64,000 bases of DNA from Ranitomeya imitator. Its lineage: Eukaryota. The position numbers and the translations under genes were made by a program. Numbering within the stretch: position 1 is the stretch's first letter; every line of letters begins with the position of its first letter. The notes under the pieces were generated by a model, which saw nothing but the letters and a program-made list of their open reading frames with translations, searched no databases and was not told the DNA's origin. The DNA lies in contig NC_091290.1 of NCBI RefSeq assembly GCF_032444005.1, positions 12,586,001-12,650,000 of the forward strand, read 5' to 3'. This document shows, one piece after another, positions 1 to 13,284 of this stretch.

Positions 1-695
1 TGTACGTAATTTGCCCACACCACACCTGAAGATGAAGCAGCACCTGAAGAGCCGGGTCGTGATAGAGACCCTGTAAAACGGCTCAAGCTGTCCGCCATAC
101 AGGTACCTGTCCCAGGACAAGGGAAGGAAGGGACCCTGTAAAACGGCTCAAGCTGCCCGCCATACAGGTACCTGTCCCAGGACAAGGGAAGGAAGGGGGT
201 ACATTGCCAGCAAGCTTCAGGCAGCAGGGACCCCACACAACAACACAAGTAGTAAAGGCTTACGGACCTCATCTGGGAGAGGGATCTACCTTTGCTTCTA
301 GGCTGGCCGGGCCATACCATCACTGTTCCTGGTAGCCTGGGCTGTGGACTGTTACTGCCAGTAAACCAGGTAAAGACTTTACAAACTCTGTGTCCTTATT
401 TAACGGTCTACACCATCATTGCCATACACCTTGGAAGCTCTGGGGACCCCACTTCACCTGTGGGAAGCGTCACCATCCAGCTACCACACCATCACCCCAA
501 AGGACCCCTTTAAGCGGCGTCGGTCCCTACTGACCGAGAACCACAGGTGGCATCATGAATATAGACTTTAAACCCTTAAAAGACCTTTCCCTTTACTTGA
601 GCGCCCAGGGCACGTACCGAGTCGCAGCCACTGTGACATCCCCTTTAACTGCGACCGGACCCGGTGCCAAGTACCCCACGGCCCTGGCGGATGAC
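1..695. mobile_element. LTR-like repeat fragment with an internal 65-bp tandem duplication
   Basis: Direct repeat 67-131 / 132-196. The composition resembles LTR-type repeats, but the ends were not resolved. Confidence 0.35.
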
Positions 696-699
696 TCAT

Positions 700-1554
700 A
701 TAGATGGTACTGGAAGCCATAGGACCTTATGAGTTGTCCCAGGCCGAGTGTATAGATTTAGAAGAGTAAGGGTCCTAGGACAGAGCCTGCCGCAGGAGTG
801 TAAATGGCCGGTGTGTGTGTTGCAGAGGAAGACACTCTGTGCTGTCAATCTGAAGTTTGGTTGGTGCTCTGGGACCTGTAGTCCCACAAGTAATTGTGTA
901 GTTCTAATGGGAGATTGGCAGGGCTAGTTATGAGAGATGGGAGGGTCAGACTAGCCACACACCCACCCAGGGGAGTGGTTACAGGTATGTAATGTGACCA
1001 GGGTGTGGGTCACATGTTCCTGTGTGGTTCCTGTGTTTGGACCTGAATGGTCCAAGTGCAAGGCCCTGGAAGCCTGTGTTGGAAATCCTGGGAATTCCTG
1101 AATAGCACATTGTTGAGCTTTGGCACTGAGTAGCCGGTGTGCTGTAGGTCCTGGACGGTCAGTGTTGGAGGCTCCTGGGAGTGGAGTTGTCCTGGAAGCA
1201 CCGAGACCATCGACCTGGACGGTCCTGTTGTGGACCTTGGACTGACGTGGAGTAAACCTGTGGAGCAAGAGCTCCTAAGAGGTAAGAACTGTGTGCGCCA
1301 ACATAGGACAGTTGCTGAACTGTGCAGTCACCCGGTGACTGGAGAGATACCAGTGTGACCACTGAAGGATTTGTAAAGCCGTATATGATGAACTAAAGGA
1401 CTATGTGAGGTCTGTGATATGTAACATGGCCTACAGTGGTTTATGCTGAGTATAATAAACCACATGGACTGTTTATCTGAAAAAACCGTGCCTGTCTGAT
1501 TATTCTGCTGCCAAGCGAGTGTCCCCCAAGACACGTAGTGGGTGAAACGCTACA
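700..1554 (+). mobile_element. Probable solo LTR
   Basis: Non-coding, polyA-like ataataaac at ~1452, ends ...gaaacgctaCA at 1554. Left boundary uncertain. Confidence 0.35.
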
Positions 1555-2805
1555 GTACACGGTGACTGCACCTGCAGAATAGTGAGTGCAGCTCTGGAGT
1601 ATAATACAGGAGGTAACTCAGGATCAGTAATGTAATGTATGTACACAGTGACTGCACCTGCAGAATAGTGAGTGCAGCTCTGGAGTATAATACAGGATGT
1701 AACTCAGGATCAGTAATATAATGTATGTACACAGTGACTGCACCAGCAGAATAGTGAGTGCAGCTCTGGGGTATAATACAGGAGGTAACTCAGGATCAGT
1801 AATATAATGTATGTACACAGTGACTGCACCAGCAGAATAGTGAGTGCAGCTCTGGGGTATAATACAGGATGTAACTCAGGATCAGTAATGTAATGTATGT
1901 ACACAGTGACTGCACCAGCAGAATAGTGAGTGCAGCTCTGGAGTATAATACAGGATGTAACTCAGGATCAGTAATGTAATGTATGTACACAGTGACTGCA
2001 CCTGCAGAATAGTGAGTGCAGCTCTGGAGTATAATACAGGAGGTAACTCAGGATCAGTAATGTAATGTATGTACACAGTGACTGCACCAGCAGAATAGTG
2101 AGTGCAGCTCTGGGGTATAATACAGGATGTAACTCAGGATCAGTAATGTAATGTATGTACACAGTGACTGCACCTGCAGAATAGTGAGTGCAGCTCTGGA
2201 GTATAATACAGGAGGTAACTCAGGATCAGTAATATAATGTATGTACACAGTGACTGCACCAGCAGAATAGTGAGTGCAGCTCTGGAGTATAATACAGGAG
2301 GTAACTCAGGATCAGTAATATAATGTATGTACACAGTGACTGCACCAGCAGAATAGTGAGTGCAGCTCTGGGGTATAATACAGGATGTAACTCAGGATCA
2401 GTAATGTAATGTATGTACACAGTGACTGCACCAGCAGAATAGTGAGTGCAGCTCTGGAGTATAATACAGGATGTAACTCAGGATCAGTAATGTAATGTAT
2501 GTACACAGTGACTGCACCAGCAGAATAGTGAGTGCAGCTCTGGAGTATAATACAGGATGTAACTTAGGATCAGTAATGTAATGTATGTACACAGTGACTG
2601 CACCAGCAGAATAGTGAGTGCAGCTCTGGAGTATAATACAGGATGTAACTCAGGATCAGTAATGTAATGTATGTACACAGTGACTGCACCAGCAGAATAG
2701 TGAGTGCAGCTCTGGAGTATAATACAGGATGTAACTTAGGATCAGTAATGTAATGTATGTACACAGTGACTACACCAGCAGAATAGTGAGTGCAGCTCTG
2801 GAGTA
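1555..2805. repeat. 86-bp tandem satellite, about 14.5 copies
   Basis: Unit gtacacagtgactgcaccagcagaatagtgagtgcagctctggagtataatacaggatgtaactcaggatcagtaatgtaatgtat; track ORFs recur every 86 bp. Confidence 0.95.
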
Positions 2806-2892
2806 ATTTTATGCAAGTACTTTGTGTTATATATCCCATTGTCATCTCTCAGAAAAGAAAAAAAAAAAAAAAAGTGAACTATGATAATACCA

Positions 2893-2898
2893 TTTATT
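2893..2898 (-). terminator. Candidate polyadenylation signal of the CD59-like gene
   Basis: AATAAA on the minus strand about 210 nt after the stop, with a U-rich tract downstream (2855-2875). Confidence 0.45.
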
Positions 2899-3105
2899 AA
2901 TAATAAATACTGGCGAACTAGCGCAAATAAAAAAACAATATGGCCGTAGTGCTCATTGCGACCAATCAGATGGCAATCGTCATATTTTAACCTACAGCAG
3001 GAAATAAATAGCCAAAATCTAAGCAGAAAACGTAATAATTTCTGAAGCGCTGACTTGATTAGCTGCGGACGCATCTATAGAGATGTGAGCGCTGCGGAGC
3101 GGAGA

Positions 3106-3302
3106 TCATGAGGACAGCAGCAGAGCCGCAGCCAGGCTCAGGAGCAGGACCGTGCTGGGGGAAGCCACGAGGCCGTCGTTACACAGGTCTTTCTGGCAAC
3201 ATTTTATTGCAAAGTTGTTGATTCCTCCGTTTTCCTGGCTGACCAATTTAGACTCGCACTTGTCGTAAATTCTGCAGCTGTATTTGCTCTCGCCAGTTGA
3301 TA
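3106..3302 (-). CDS. cd59: CD59-like coding exon 3 (LU C-half plus GPI signal)
   Basis: Acceptor ttcacccttttTAG; contains CCQKDLCN; TGA at 3106-3108; 3' part of track ORF 3106..3360. Confidence 0.92.
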
Positions 3303-6300
3303 CTAAAAAGGGTGAAATGAATAGCGTTAATGTGAGAACTGCAGCGCGACCATGATGCATTTACTCCGGGAAAACACGGATTTAAGATGTCCTAGATAAG
3401 TTTTGAGGAGATTCTGAGAAGGCATGCATGAAAGTAGTTCACCCAAGATTGTAAGTTTTTGCCTGTCCATAGTGTAGAGGAAAAGCTTACTGATCGCTGA
3501 GGGTCCGACTGCTGGGACCACCACCAAGCCCTAGATTTAATATGCGCCCCTTTGCTCCACTCATTGTCTATGGGACTGCTGCAGACAGAGTCCAGCGCTT
3601 CATTATCTCTGGCAGCCCCCCAGTGTGTCTGCTCCATGTACCATGGATAGGACATAACTTACAATCAACCGATTTAAATTTTTTTTCCTTATTGTTATAA
3701 CACACATACATTGTCTACTTTTATAGAAAAAGCCACCAACCTGGTGCCTTTAATCAACTTCATCACCCCCCAAAATATAGACTTCTAATACAGACCCCCT
3801 AAATACTAAACCAGAAGTCGGACCTCCATCGATCAGTAAGTTATCATCTCTCCATAGGATAACTTACAATATTAGTACAACTGATTGCTATATTATGATT
3901 TAATACATCTCTAGGATCATTCAGTCTCTAATAGATTGAATGATCCTATAGATATGGCTGGAAACAGAATTCACAGAAAACCAAGGTTAAAGGAACACTG
4001 GTGACACTACCCAGACATAGCAGAAAGAGGAGGTGATGGTCAAAATCCTACAAGTGACTGCAGTAAAATTTGGTGTCAGCAGGCGCTGAGGTTTCCCCTT
4101 GCATGGTAAAGCGCATACTAAACACTGAAGATCTCCATGCCTGAACTCCAAGACGTCACCTTTTCTGACCCAACAGCACAAGAAGTGTCGCCTCAACAGA
4201 AGTGGAATATTTCAGGACCTATGGATCAGCGGTATGACTAGAAAAAGAAAGCATGCGCTGAAAAAAAAAAAAAAAAAAAAACGCACAAAAAAAAAAACAC
4301 CCTGCCCACAGTGAGGCACAACAGAGGCTCCAAGGGGCCTACAGTGAGGTGCAACGAGAGCGCTGTTGGGCCCACAGTTAAAATAACAACCTGTGGGGTC
4401 CATAGTGAGGCCCACAGTGAAAAGAACACCTCTGAAAATAACACCCTGTCTACAGTGAAGATTGTTGGGGGCTCCACGTTGCTCTAGAGCTGGAAACCTG
4501 TAGCATTTGGAGGGCGAGATGAATTCAATAGTCTATCAGGAAATCCTAAGAGAAAACATCATGCCTTTCATGAGGAAGGTGAAGCTCGGTGTCACTGGAC
4601 CCTCCAATAAGACTTCAATCCCAGCACCTCAAAGTCCACAAAGACTTGGTTTCAGAAAGACCCCTGGAAGATTTTTGAGTGGCCATCTGTTGTGAATTCT
4701 GTGGCAGAGTTCACTCCTGTGGTCACAAGTGGTACTTCGGCTGATTCTCTCTGGGAGCTTCCGTTTGTGGAGGAAAGTGGTACTGCAGCTTCTGAGTTTC
4801 CTCCCTCAGGCGATCTGGTGAGGTCGTTAGCTGCTTCTCTACTTAACTCCACCTGATGCTTTGATCCATGCTTCCTGTCAATGTTCCAGTGTTGGACTTG
4901 TGTTTCTCTGGATCATTCCTGTGGCCTGCTGCTCTGCATAGCTAAGTGCGTCTTTGCTATTTTTTGCTATTTTTTCTGTCCAGCTTGTCTATTTGTTTTG
5001 CTGGAAGCTCTGGGACGCAAAGGGTGTACCTCCGTGCCGTTAGTTCGGTACGGAGGGTCTTTTTGCCCCCTTTGCGTGGTTTTCTTTAGGGTTTTGTGTA
5101 GACCGCAAAGTTATCTTTCCTATCCTCGTTCTGTCTAGAATATCGGGCCTCACTTTGCTGAATCTATTTCATCCCTACGTTTGTCTTTTCATCTTACTCA
5201 CAGTCATTATATGTGGGGGGCTGCCTTTTCCTTTGGGGTATTTCTCTGAGGCAAGGTAGGCTTATTTTTCTATCTTCAGGCTAGTTAGTTTCTCAGGCTG
5301 TGCCGAGTTGCATAGGGAGCGTTAGGCGCAATCCACGGCTGCCTCTAGTTGTGTTTGGAGAGGATCAGGAATTGCGGTCTACAGAGTTTCCATGTCTCAG
5401 AGCTCGTTCTATTATTTTGGGTTATTGTCAGATCACTGTATGTGCTCTGATCGCTATGTACATTGTGTTACTGAATTGTCTAGCATAACAGCCATCCCAC
5501 TCATCTGACTTGAATCCCATAAAAAAATAAAATCTTTAGTAGAGTGTGAATAAGGTGGCTGCAGCAAACCCGAAAATATTAATGACCTGGAGGTTATTGC
5601 CCATGAGGACTGGGCTCAGATTCCTCATGAGTTAGAATCTAGCAATGCATCTTGTCTGCGGCGGGTCGCAACAGCCAGAGGGGCACTATGACAGAGAATA
5701 ACAGACTGCAGCAGTCAATGTGCTATTTTCTTGTGAATGGAGAGAAACCACTCATTATATTACTTGTCTTGGGCCATTAAACTGTCCGTGTTTCATTGTG
5801 GACAGAAGAAAGTTTTTAATATTGCTAATAAATAAAGTTTACATTTGGAGGGGGGGGGGGGTGGAGGTAATTTTTATTGCATCCCTCTACACCACCACCT
5901 TCTAATTATATAGTATGGAGTCACCACTATTTGATGACTTTCGCATTGCAGCATTGTCCAGAGCTGTGGAGTCGGTAAGCCAAACCTCTGACTCAATTTC
6001 CATGACACTGGCTCCGACTCCAACTCCAACTCACTCATACCAGGGCTGTGGAGTCGGTAACCTAAACCTCCGACTCCAACTTCTCAATTTCCAACTCCAC
6101 CAAATGGGCTCCGACTGACTCAGACTCCACAGCCCTGGCATTGCTGCCACCTTATTGTGGCACGTCCATTCTGCCTGGCGGGTGGAGGGCAGTGCAAGAA
6201 CCGCGCAGCTTGCTTCAAAGTATCCCAGATAATAAACATTTACGGCACATGTATACATGGCTCAGATATACATACGTGTGATCCTCATGCAGGCGTTTTC

Positions 6301-7043
6301 CGAATCTGCACAGGTGGCAATGGTGACACATTTCAAAAAACTCCAATTGCTGCAGGTAAAGCATTTAATAGCCTGGCCTGAAAGAGAAAGAACAGCAAAA
6401 CAAACAATCAGAACTTATTGGAAAGTAGAAACCCCTTCTGGTTACCCTTTACTTCCCCCTTATAATGTACAATCTTTTATTCTCCTGCACTTTTTTTCTT
6501 CACCGTCATCCTTTTTCTTCATCCCGCCTATATGCGACATCTTTCCCGGTGACCACTTTGGTGTACGTAGCTATAGGACATCACCCAGACAGGAACACAA
6601 GTTTATCCTATTGGCTCATAGTTCACTGGGAACTTTTCCCTTTGTGACCCTATTTAAAGTGCCTACATGTACTAATAAACCAGAAGTCCTAAGTACACCA
6701 TACAAGGCTGTGCTGTACTGATTTCCTGAGCGCTCGTAAAACAAATCTAATTTAGGGTTCAAAAGGCATAGAAGAGAGTGGATTTCGCTTACAAATAATT
6801 GGCGCCCAAACAGGGATAAGATACCTGCAAGTTATTCGCTCACACCTGTTAAGTATTACTTTTATGCTGCTGGAAGTGTCAGCTCCACACTCCACCATAT
6901 GCCCCACATAGGATACAGGATACTTAAAAATGTCCATAATTTATGTGCCTTTTCTCCATGGAGCAAGACTTACCTGTAGAGCATAGTGAAAGGAAGACCA
7001 GTCCTAATGCAAGGAGAACACAGCCGATCCCTGGAGTCCTCAT
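3106..7043 (-). CDS. cd59: CD59-like Ly6/uPAR (three-finger) GPI-anchored glycoprotein; 3 coding exons, 122 aa
   Basis: join(complement) 7043-6974, 6377-6276, 3302-3106; GT-AG, both introns phase 1. Protein: MRTPGIGCVLLALGLVFLSLCSTGQAIKCFTCSNWSFLKCVTIATCADSENACMRITLSTGESKYSCRIYDKCESKLVSQENGGINNFAIKCCQKDLCNDGLVASPSTVLLLSLAAALLLSS. Ten-Cys LU domain with spacing 2-7-5-6-13-5-18-0-4 (human CD59 recalled as 2-6-5-6-12-5-17-0-4), CCQKDLCN motif, NWS sequon and hydrophobic GPI signal. Family is secure; the symbol is tentative because orthology was not tested. Confidence 0.9.
4470..5760 (+). pseudogene. Tc1-like transposase remnant split by a solo LTR
   Basis: ORF 4507 MEGEMNSIVYQEILRENIMP is Tc1 DDE-like. 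The remnant continues after 5490 with a degenerate SPDLNPIE-like segment. Confidence 0.6.
4688..5490 (+). mobile_element. Gypsy solo LTR (803 bp), related to the LTRs at 17016 and 21979
   Basis: TGTTGTGAATTC...CATAACA termini shared with the full-length element; flanked by gccatc on both sides (4682-4687, 5491-5496); lies in the CD59-like intron. Confidence 0.9.
5959..6137. mobile_element. hAT-like MITE with a duplicated left end
   Basis: TIR cag(a/g)gctgtggagtc ... gactccacagccctg; second left end at 6041; flanks gcattgtc / gcattgct (imperfect 8-bp TSD). Confidence 0.65.
6276..6377 (-). CDS. cd59: CD59-like coding exon 2 (LU domain N-half)
   Basis: Acceptor gttctttctctttcAG; 102 nt; QAIKCFTC...ENACMRIT; donor GTATGT. 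Confidence 0.9.
6974..7043 (-). CDS. cd59: CD59-like coding exon 1 (signal peptide)
   Basis: Acceptor ttttttcccacatacAG at 7050-7049, 5 nt of UTR, ATG at 7043, donor GTAAGT. A non-coding upstream exon is implied. Confidence 0.9.
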
Positions 7044-7448
7044 GATTCCTGTATGTGGGAAAAAAAAAAGTCAGTGACAAGGTCCTTTTTTGCTTAAACA
7101 TCTATTTTGGAGCTAGAAAAATGTTTACAATTGGTTTTTATTAAAAAATTGCACCGTTTGCCTTCTATAATCTGTGTTTTACACTGTTTATTGATGACTG
7201 CAGAATGAGTGAACGGAGGTTCCCATCAGTGAGCTCGTTCTAATTGTCTGACAGTAGAGCTTGTAACTTTTCTATCAGGTCAGGACAGCAGACTGTCAGT
7301 CATTACATCTCTCACACTGGTCACGCCCCCTTTGATTTACATAACATCTTTAGGTGGATTCTCAGGAAGATCTATGTCCGGCCCATAGATCTTAACAACT
7401 CAATAACACTTTAAGAAAAACATGGATTTATCAGGAACCATTCAAAGA

Positions 7449-10400
7449 GCAGGGAGAGAGTCACAAACCCCCTCATTACACATGGAGGGCAGGGAGTGAG
7501 TCACAGACCCCCTCATAACACATGGAGGGCAGGGAGAGAGTCACAGACCCCCTCATTACACACGGAGGGCAGGGGGGAGAGAGTCACAGACCCCTTCATT
7601 ACACACGGAGGGCATGGAGAGAGCCACAGACCCCCTCATTACACATGGAGAGCAGGGAGAGAGCCACAGACCCCCTCATTACACATGGAGGGCAGGGAGA
7701 GAGCCACAGACCCCCTCATTACACATGGAGGGCAGGGAGAGAGTCACAGACCCCTCATTACACATGGAGGGCAGGGAGAGAGTCACAGACCCCTCATTAC
7801 ACATGGAGGACAGGGAGAGAGTCACAGACCCTCTCATTACACATGGAGGGCAGGGAGAGAGTCACAGACCCCTCATTACACATGGAGGGCAGGGAGAGAG
7901 TCACAGACCCCTCATTACACATGGAGGGCAGGGAGAGAGTCACAGACCCCTCATTACACATACATGGAGGGCAGGGAGAGAGTCACAGACCCCCTCATTA
8001 CACATGGAGGGCAGGGAGAGAGTCACAGACCCCCTCATTACACATCATACATGGAGGGCAGGGAGAGAGTCACAGACCCCCTCATTACACATGGAGGGCA
8101 GGGAGAGAGTCACAGACCCCCTCATTACACATGGAGGGCAGGGAGTGAGTCACAGACCCCCTCATAACACATGGAGGGCAGGGAGAGAGTCACAGACCCC
8201 CTCATTACACACGGAGGGCAGGGGGGAGAGAGTCACAGACCCCTTCATTACACACGGAGGGCATGGAGAGAGCCACAGACCCCCTCATTACACATGGAGG
8301 GCAGGGAGAGAGCCACAGACCCCTCATTACACATGGAGGGTAGGGAGGGAGTCACAGACCACCTCATTACACATGGAGGGCAGGGAGAGAGTCACAGACC
8401 ACCTCATTACACATGGAGGGCAGGGAGAGAGTCACAGACCCCTCATAACACATGGAGGGCAGGGAGAGAGTCACAGACCCCCTCATTACACACGGAGGGC
8501 AGGGAGAGAGTCACAGACCCCTCATTACACATGGAGGGCAGGGAGAGAGTCACAGACCCCTCATTACACATACATGGAGGGCAGGGAGAGAGTCACAGAC
8601 CCCCTCATTACACATGGAGGGCAGGGAGAGAGTCACAGACCCCCTCATTACACATCATACATGGAGGGCAGGGAGAGAGTCACAGACCCCCTCATTACAC
8701 ATGGAGGGCAGGGAGAGAGTCACAGACCCCCTCATTACACATGGAGGGCAGGGAGTGAGTCACAGACCCCCTCATAACACATGGAGGGCAGGGAGAGAGT
8801 CACAGACCCCCTCATTACACACGGAGGGCAGGGGGGAGAGAGTCACAGACCCCTTCATTACACACGGAGGGCATGGAGAGAGCCACAGACCCCCTCATTA
8901 CACATGGAGGGCAGGGAGAGAGCCACAGACCCCTCATTACACATGGAGGGTAGGGAGGGAGTCACAGACCACCTCATTACACATGGAGGGCAGGGAGAGA
9001 GTCACAGACCACCTCATTACACATGGAGGGCAGGGAGAGAGTCACAGACCCCTCATAACACATGGAGGGCAGGGAGAGAGTCACAGACCCCCTCATTACA
9101 CACGGAGGGCAGGGGGGAGAGAGTCACAGACCCCTTCATTACACACGGAGGGCATGGAGAGAGCCACAGACCCCCTCATTACACATGGAGAGCAGGGAGA
9201 GAGCCACAGGCCCCCTCATTACACATGGAGGGCAGGGAGGGAGTCACAGACCACCTCATTACACATGGAGGGCAGGGAGAGAGTCACAGACCACCTCATT
9301 ACACATGGAGGGCAGGGAGAGAGTCACAGACCCCTCATTACACATGGAGGACAGGGAGAGAGTCACAGACCCTCTCATTACACATGGAGGGCAGGGAGAG
9401 ACTCATAGACCCTCTCATAACACAAGGAGGACAGGGAGAGAGTCACAGACCCCTCATTACACATCATACATGGAGGGCAGGGAGAGAGTCACAGACCCCC
9501 TCATTACACATGGAGGGCAGGGAGAGAGCCACAGACCCCTCATTACACATGGAGGGCAGGGAGAGAGTCACAGACCCCTCATTACACATGGAGGACAGGG
9601 AGAGAGTCACAGACCCCTCATTACACATGGAGGGCAGGGAGAGAGTCACAGACCCCTCATTACACATGGAGGGCAGGGAGAGAGTCACAGACCCCTCATT
9701 ACACATGGAGGACAGGGAGAGAGTCACAGACCCCTCATTACACATGGAGGGTAGGGAGGGAGTCACAGACCACCTCATTACACATGGAGGGCAGGGAGAG
9801 AGTCACAGACCACCTCATTACACATGGAGGGCAGGGAGAGAGTCACAGACCCCTCATAACACATGGAGGGCAGGGAGAGAGTCACAGACCCCCTCATTAC
9901 ACACGGAGGGCAGGGGGGAGAGAGTCACAGACCCCTTCATTACACACGGAGGGCATGGAGAGAGCCACAGACCCCCTCATTACACATGGAGAGCAGGGAG
10001 AGAGCCACAGACCCCCTCATTACACATGGAGGGCAGGGAGGGAGTCACAGACCACCTCATTACACATGGAGGGCAGGGAGAGAGTCACAGACCACCTCAT
10101 TACACATGGAGGGCAGGGAGAGAGTCACAGACCCCTCATTACACATGGAGGACAGGGAGAGAGTCACAGACCCTCTCATTACACATGGAGGGCAGGGAGA
10201 GACTCATAGACCCTCTCATAACACATGGAGGACAGGGAGAGAGTCACAGACCCCTCATTACACATCATACATGGAGGGCAGGGAGAGAGAAACAGACCCC
10301 CTCATTACACATGGAGGGCAGGGAGAGAGTTACAGACCCCTCATTACACATCATACATGGAGGGCAGGGAGAGAGAAACAGACCCCCTCATTACACATGG

Positions 10401-11088
10401 AGGGCAGGGAGAGAGTCACAGACCCCTCATTACACATGGAGGGCAGGGAGAGAGTCAGAGGCCCCTCATTACACATGGAGGGCAGGGAGAGAGTCACAGA
10501 CCCCTCATTACACATGGAGGGCAGGGAGAGTCACAGACCCCTCATTACACATGGAGGGCAGGGAGAGAGTCACAGACCCCCTCATTACACATGGAGGGCA
10601 GGGAGAGTCACATACCCTTCATTACACATGGAGGGCAGGGAGAGAGCCACAGACCCCCTCATTACACATGGAGGGCAGGGAGAGAGTCACAGACCCCTCA
10701 TAACACATGGAGGGCAGGGAGAGAGTTACAGACCCCCTCATTACACATGGAGGGCAGGGAGAGGGTCACAGACCCCTCATTACACATGGAGGGCAGGGAG
10801 AGAGTCACAGACCCCCTCATTACACATGGAGGGCAGGGAGAGAGTTACAGACCCCCTCATTACACATGGAGGGCAGGGAGAGAGTCACAGACCCCTCATT
10901 ACACATGGAGCTCAGGGAGAGAGTCACAGACCATCTCATTACACATGGAGGGCAGGGAGAGAGTCACAGACCCCTCATTACACATGGAGGGCAGGGAGAG
11001 AGTCACAGACCCCTCATTACACATGGAGGGCAGGGAGAGAGTCACAGACCCCTCATTACACATGGAGGGCAGGGAGAGTCACAGACCC
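7449..11088. repeat. 39-40 bp minisatellite, about 90 copies
   Basis: Unit atggagggcagggagagagtcacagaccc(c)tcattacac; source of the long low-complexity ORFs. Confidence 0.95.
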
Positions 11089-11860
11089 TGGTGTACAGGA
11101 ATGTTTTCTGGATGTCATTATCCTCTAACACCAGAATGGTGACACTACAGAAACCATTGTTCCCCGGCTCCTCCTGAATATGCCGGAACGTTCCCGGACT
11201 CTGTGGGCACAATGGCACAAACAGTACAGGAATATCAGGCGTCATAAGGTTTGGGGGCAAATTCTGGTATTCTTCTTGACATATATTGATGTGTAACTAA
11301 AAACACAGAAAAGGCCCAAGTTTAGAGCTAAATGAACAGGGGCGAGTGACAGTCACAGGGAATAAATGAGGAGGTGCTCGGTTTTTGGTTTGTATTAAAT
11401 ACAGACAATAATAAGCCTTTTCTTGACTTCTAACACTGCTGGGATTGAGGCAAAGTGAACGCCTGAGAAGTAAAGATTTCACAGCCCAAAACATGTTGCC
11501 CCACAGGAGCTAATAACACTCCCTACTAGGGGTGCAGTATGTGCATGACATGGTGCCAGAGCCAGGCAGCAGCTCCTCCTGATGACACCCACCCTCCTTC
11601 CAGCAACTACAGGCAGATATACAACCCTCCCCTCCCCCACAGCGTCCATGCATGCCCTGCAGGTAATGCCCATGCTGTAGGAGCGGTATATAGGGGACAC
11701 CTTACCTCCAGTGCCAGTCTATGTGCTGGAAGAAGCCAGGGCTGCAATCATCTGCTATCCTCCTCCATTCTGTAGGCGGGACTCCATGTTAACCCCATGA
11801 CTGACAGATCTACATGAGCTGATCCTATTATTCCAGCACTTCCTCCATAGAGAGCTAAAG

Positions 11861-12044
11861 CAGGGGTGTCAAACTGCATTCCTCGAGGGCCTCAGACCAT
11901 GCGTGTTTTCAAGATTTCCTTAGTATTGCACAAGGTGCTGGAATCATTCTCTGCAGGTGATTAAATTATCACCTGTGCAATGCAAGGAAATCCTGAAAAC
12001 ATGACCTGTTTGCGGCCCTCGAGGAATGCAGTTTGACACCCCTG
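11861..12044. mobile_element. hAT MITE (184 bp)
   Basis: TIR caggggtgtcaaactgcattcctcgagggcc in perfect inverted copy; 8-bp TSD agctaaag (11853-11860, 12045-12052). Confidence 0.9.
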
Positions 12045-12442
12045 AGCTAAAGCATAAAGTCAAAGCATGTTGCCCAACTATATGCAGACATATTCCCTAT
12101 AAAGCCTGTTCTTTCTTTTGAAGGTCAACTTAAAGATGGCTGTCCATTAAAATAAATGGGAAAAATCTTCCCCAAAAAGATGCATTTTTGCAACAAAATT
12201 GACAAGTTGCAGTCAGATTAAGAAAAAAAAAGTCAATTTCTTTTTTGTTTTTGTTTTGAGGTAACAAATCATTTTTGCATTTGGTTTTCTAATTTTGCAC
12301 CATTCGCCGTCTACTGCTTTTGTTGCTCTGCATAATTGGTTGCAGATTGGAACCTGTCAGATGATTATTGCAACAAGCAGCATGAATCAGAAATTGGTAG
12401 ATCTGGGAAATACTCTGGTGTGTTGGAGAAATTATAATTTAA

Positions 12443-13284
12443 GGCTATGTGCACACATCCGGAATTGCCGCGGAATTCCCTGCGGCAGGAAAAACGCATG
12501 AGGAATTGGCATGCGTTTTCCTGTAAACACTAGCGTTTTACAAGCGTAATTAGCTTGCAGAATGCCAGCGTTTTCCAAGCGATCTGGAAAAATGATTGAC
12601 AGGTTGGTCACACTTGTCAAACATAGTGTTTGACAAGTGTGACCAACTTTTTACTATTGATGCAGCCTATGCAGCACCAATAGTAAAAAGATATAATGTT
12701 AAAAATAATAAATAAATAAAAAAAACCATGATATTCTCACCTTCCGGCGGCCTTCGCAGCGTTCCCGCTCCTCGCGATGCTCCGGTCCCAGTGATGCCTC
12801 ACGGCAATAACCCCAGATGACGTAGCATCTCACAAGACCGCTACGTCATCACAGGTCATTCTCGCAATGCATCACTGGGAACGGGAGCGGGACGCCGGAA
12901 GGTGAGAATATCAAGATTTATTATTTTAATTTTTTTTTAACAATTATATGGTTCCCAGGGCCTGGAGGAGAGTCTCCTCTCCTCCACCCTGGGTACCAAC
13001 CGCACATGATCCGCTTACTTCCCGCATGGTGGGCATAGCCCCATGCGGAAAGTAAGCGGATCAATGCATTCCTATGTGTGTGGAATCCCCGCGATTCCGC
13101 ACAAAGAATGAACATGCTGCGTTTTTTTTCCGGAATGCGATTCCACCGCAGAAAAAAAAACGCAACATGTGCACAAAAAATACGGATTGCATTCTAATAA
13201 ATAGGATGCTTAATGTATGTGTTTTTATAGCGAAAAAAAAACACGAAAAAAAACGCAAAAAATCCTGAACGTGTACACGTAGCC
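12443..13284. mobile_element. PIF/Harbinger-like non-autonomous element
   Basis: TIR ggctatgtgcacac / gtgtacacgtagcc; TAA on both flanks; internal palindromic arm ~12730-12911. Confidence 0.7.

Noticed and set aside
1550-2845. Recurrent 64-aa ORFs and a CRISPR-like regular repeat
   Set aside because: Head-to-tail 86-bp satellite with no unique spacers, in eukaryotic context. The same applies to all other arrays here.
3987-4196. ORF containing LQCLVC, resembling a Ly6 exon start
   Set aside because: Weak acceptor in the wrong phase and no LU Cys pattern. The real exon is 6276-6377.
7496-11177. Many long ORFs (up to 640 aa)
   Set aside because: Translations of the 39-40 bp minisatellite, open in several frames; no domain content.
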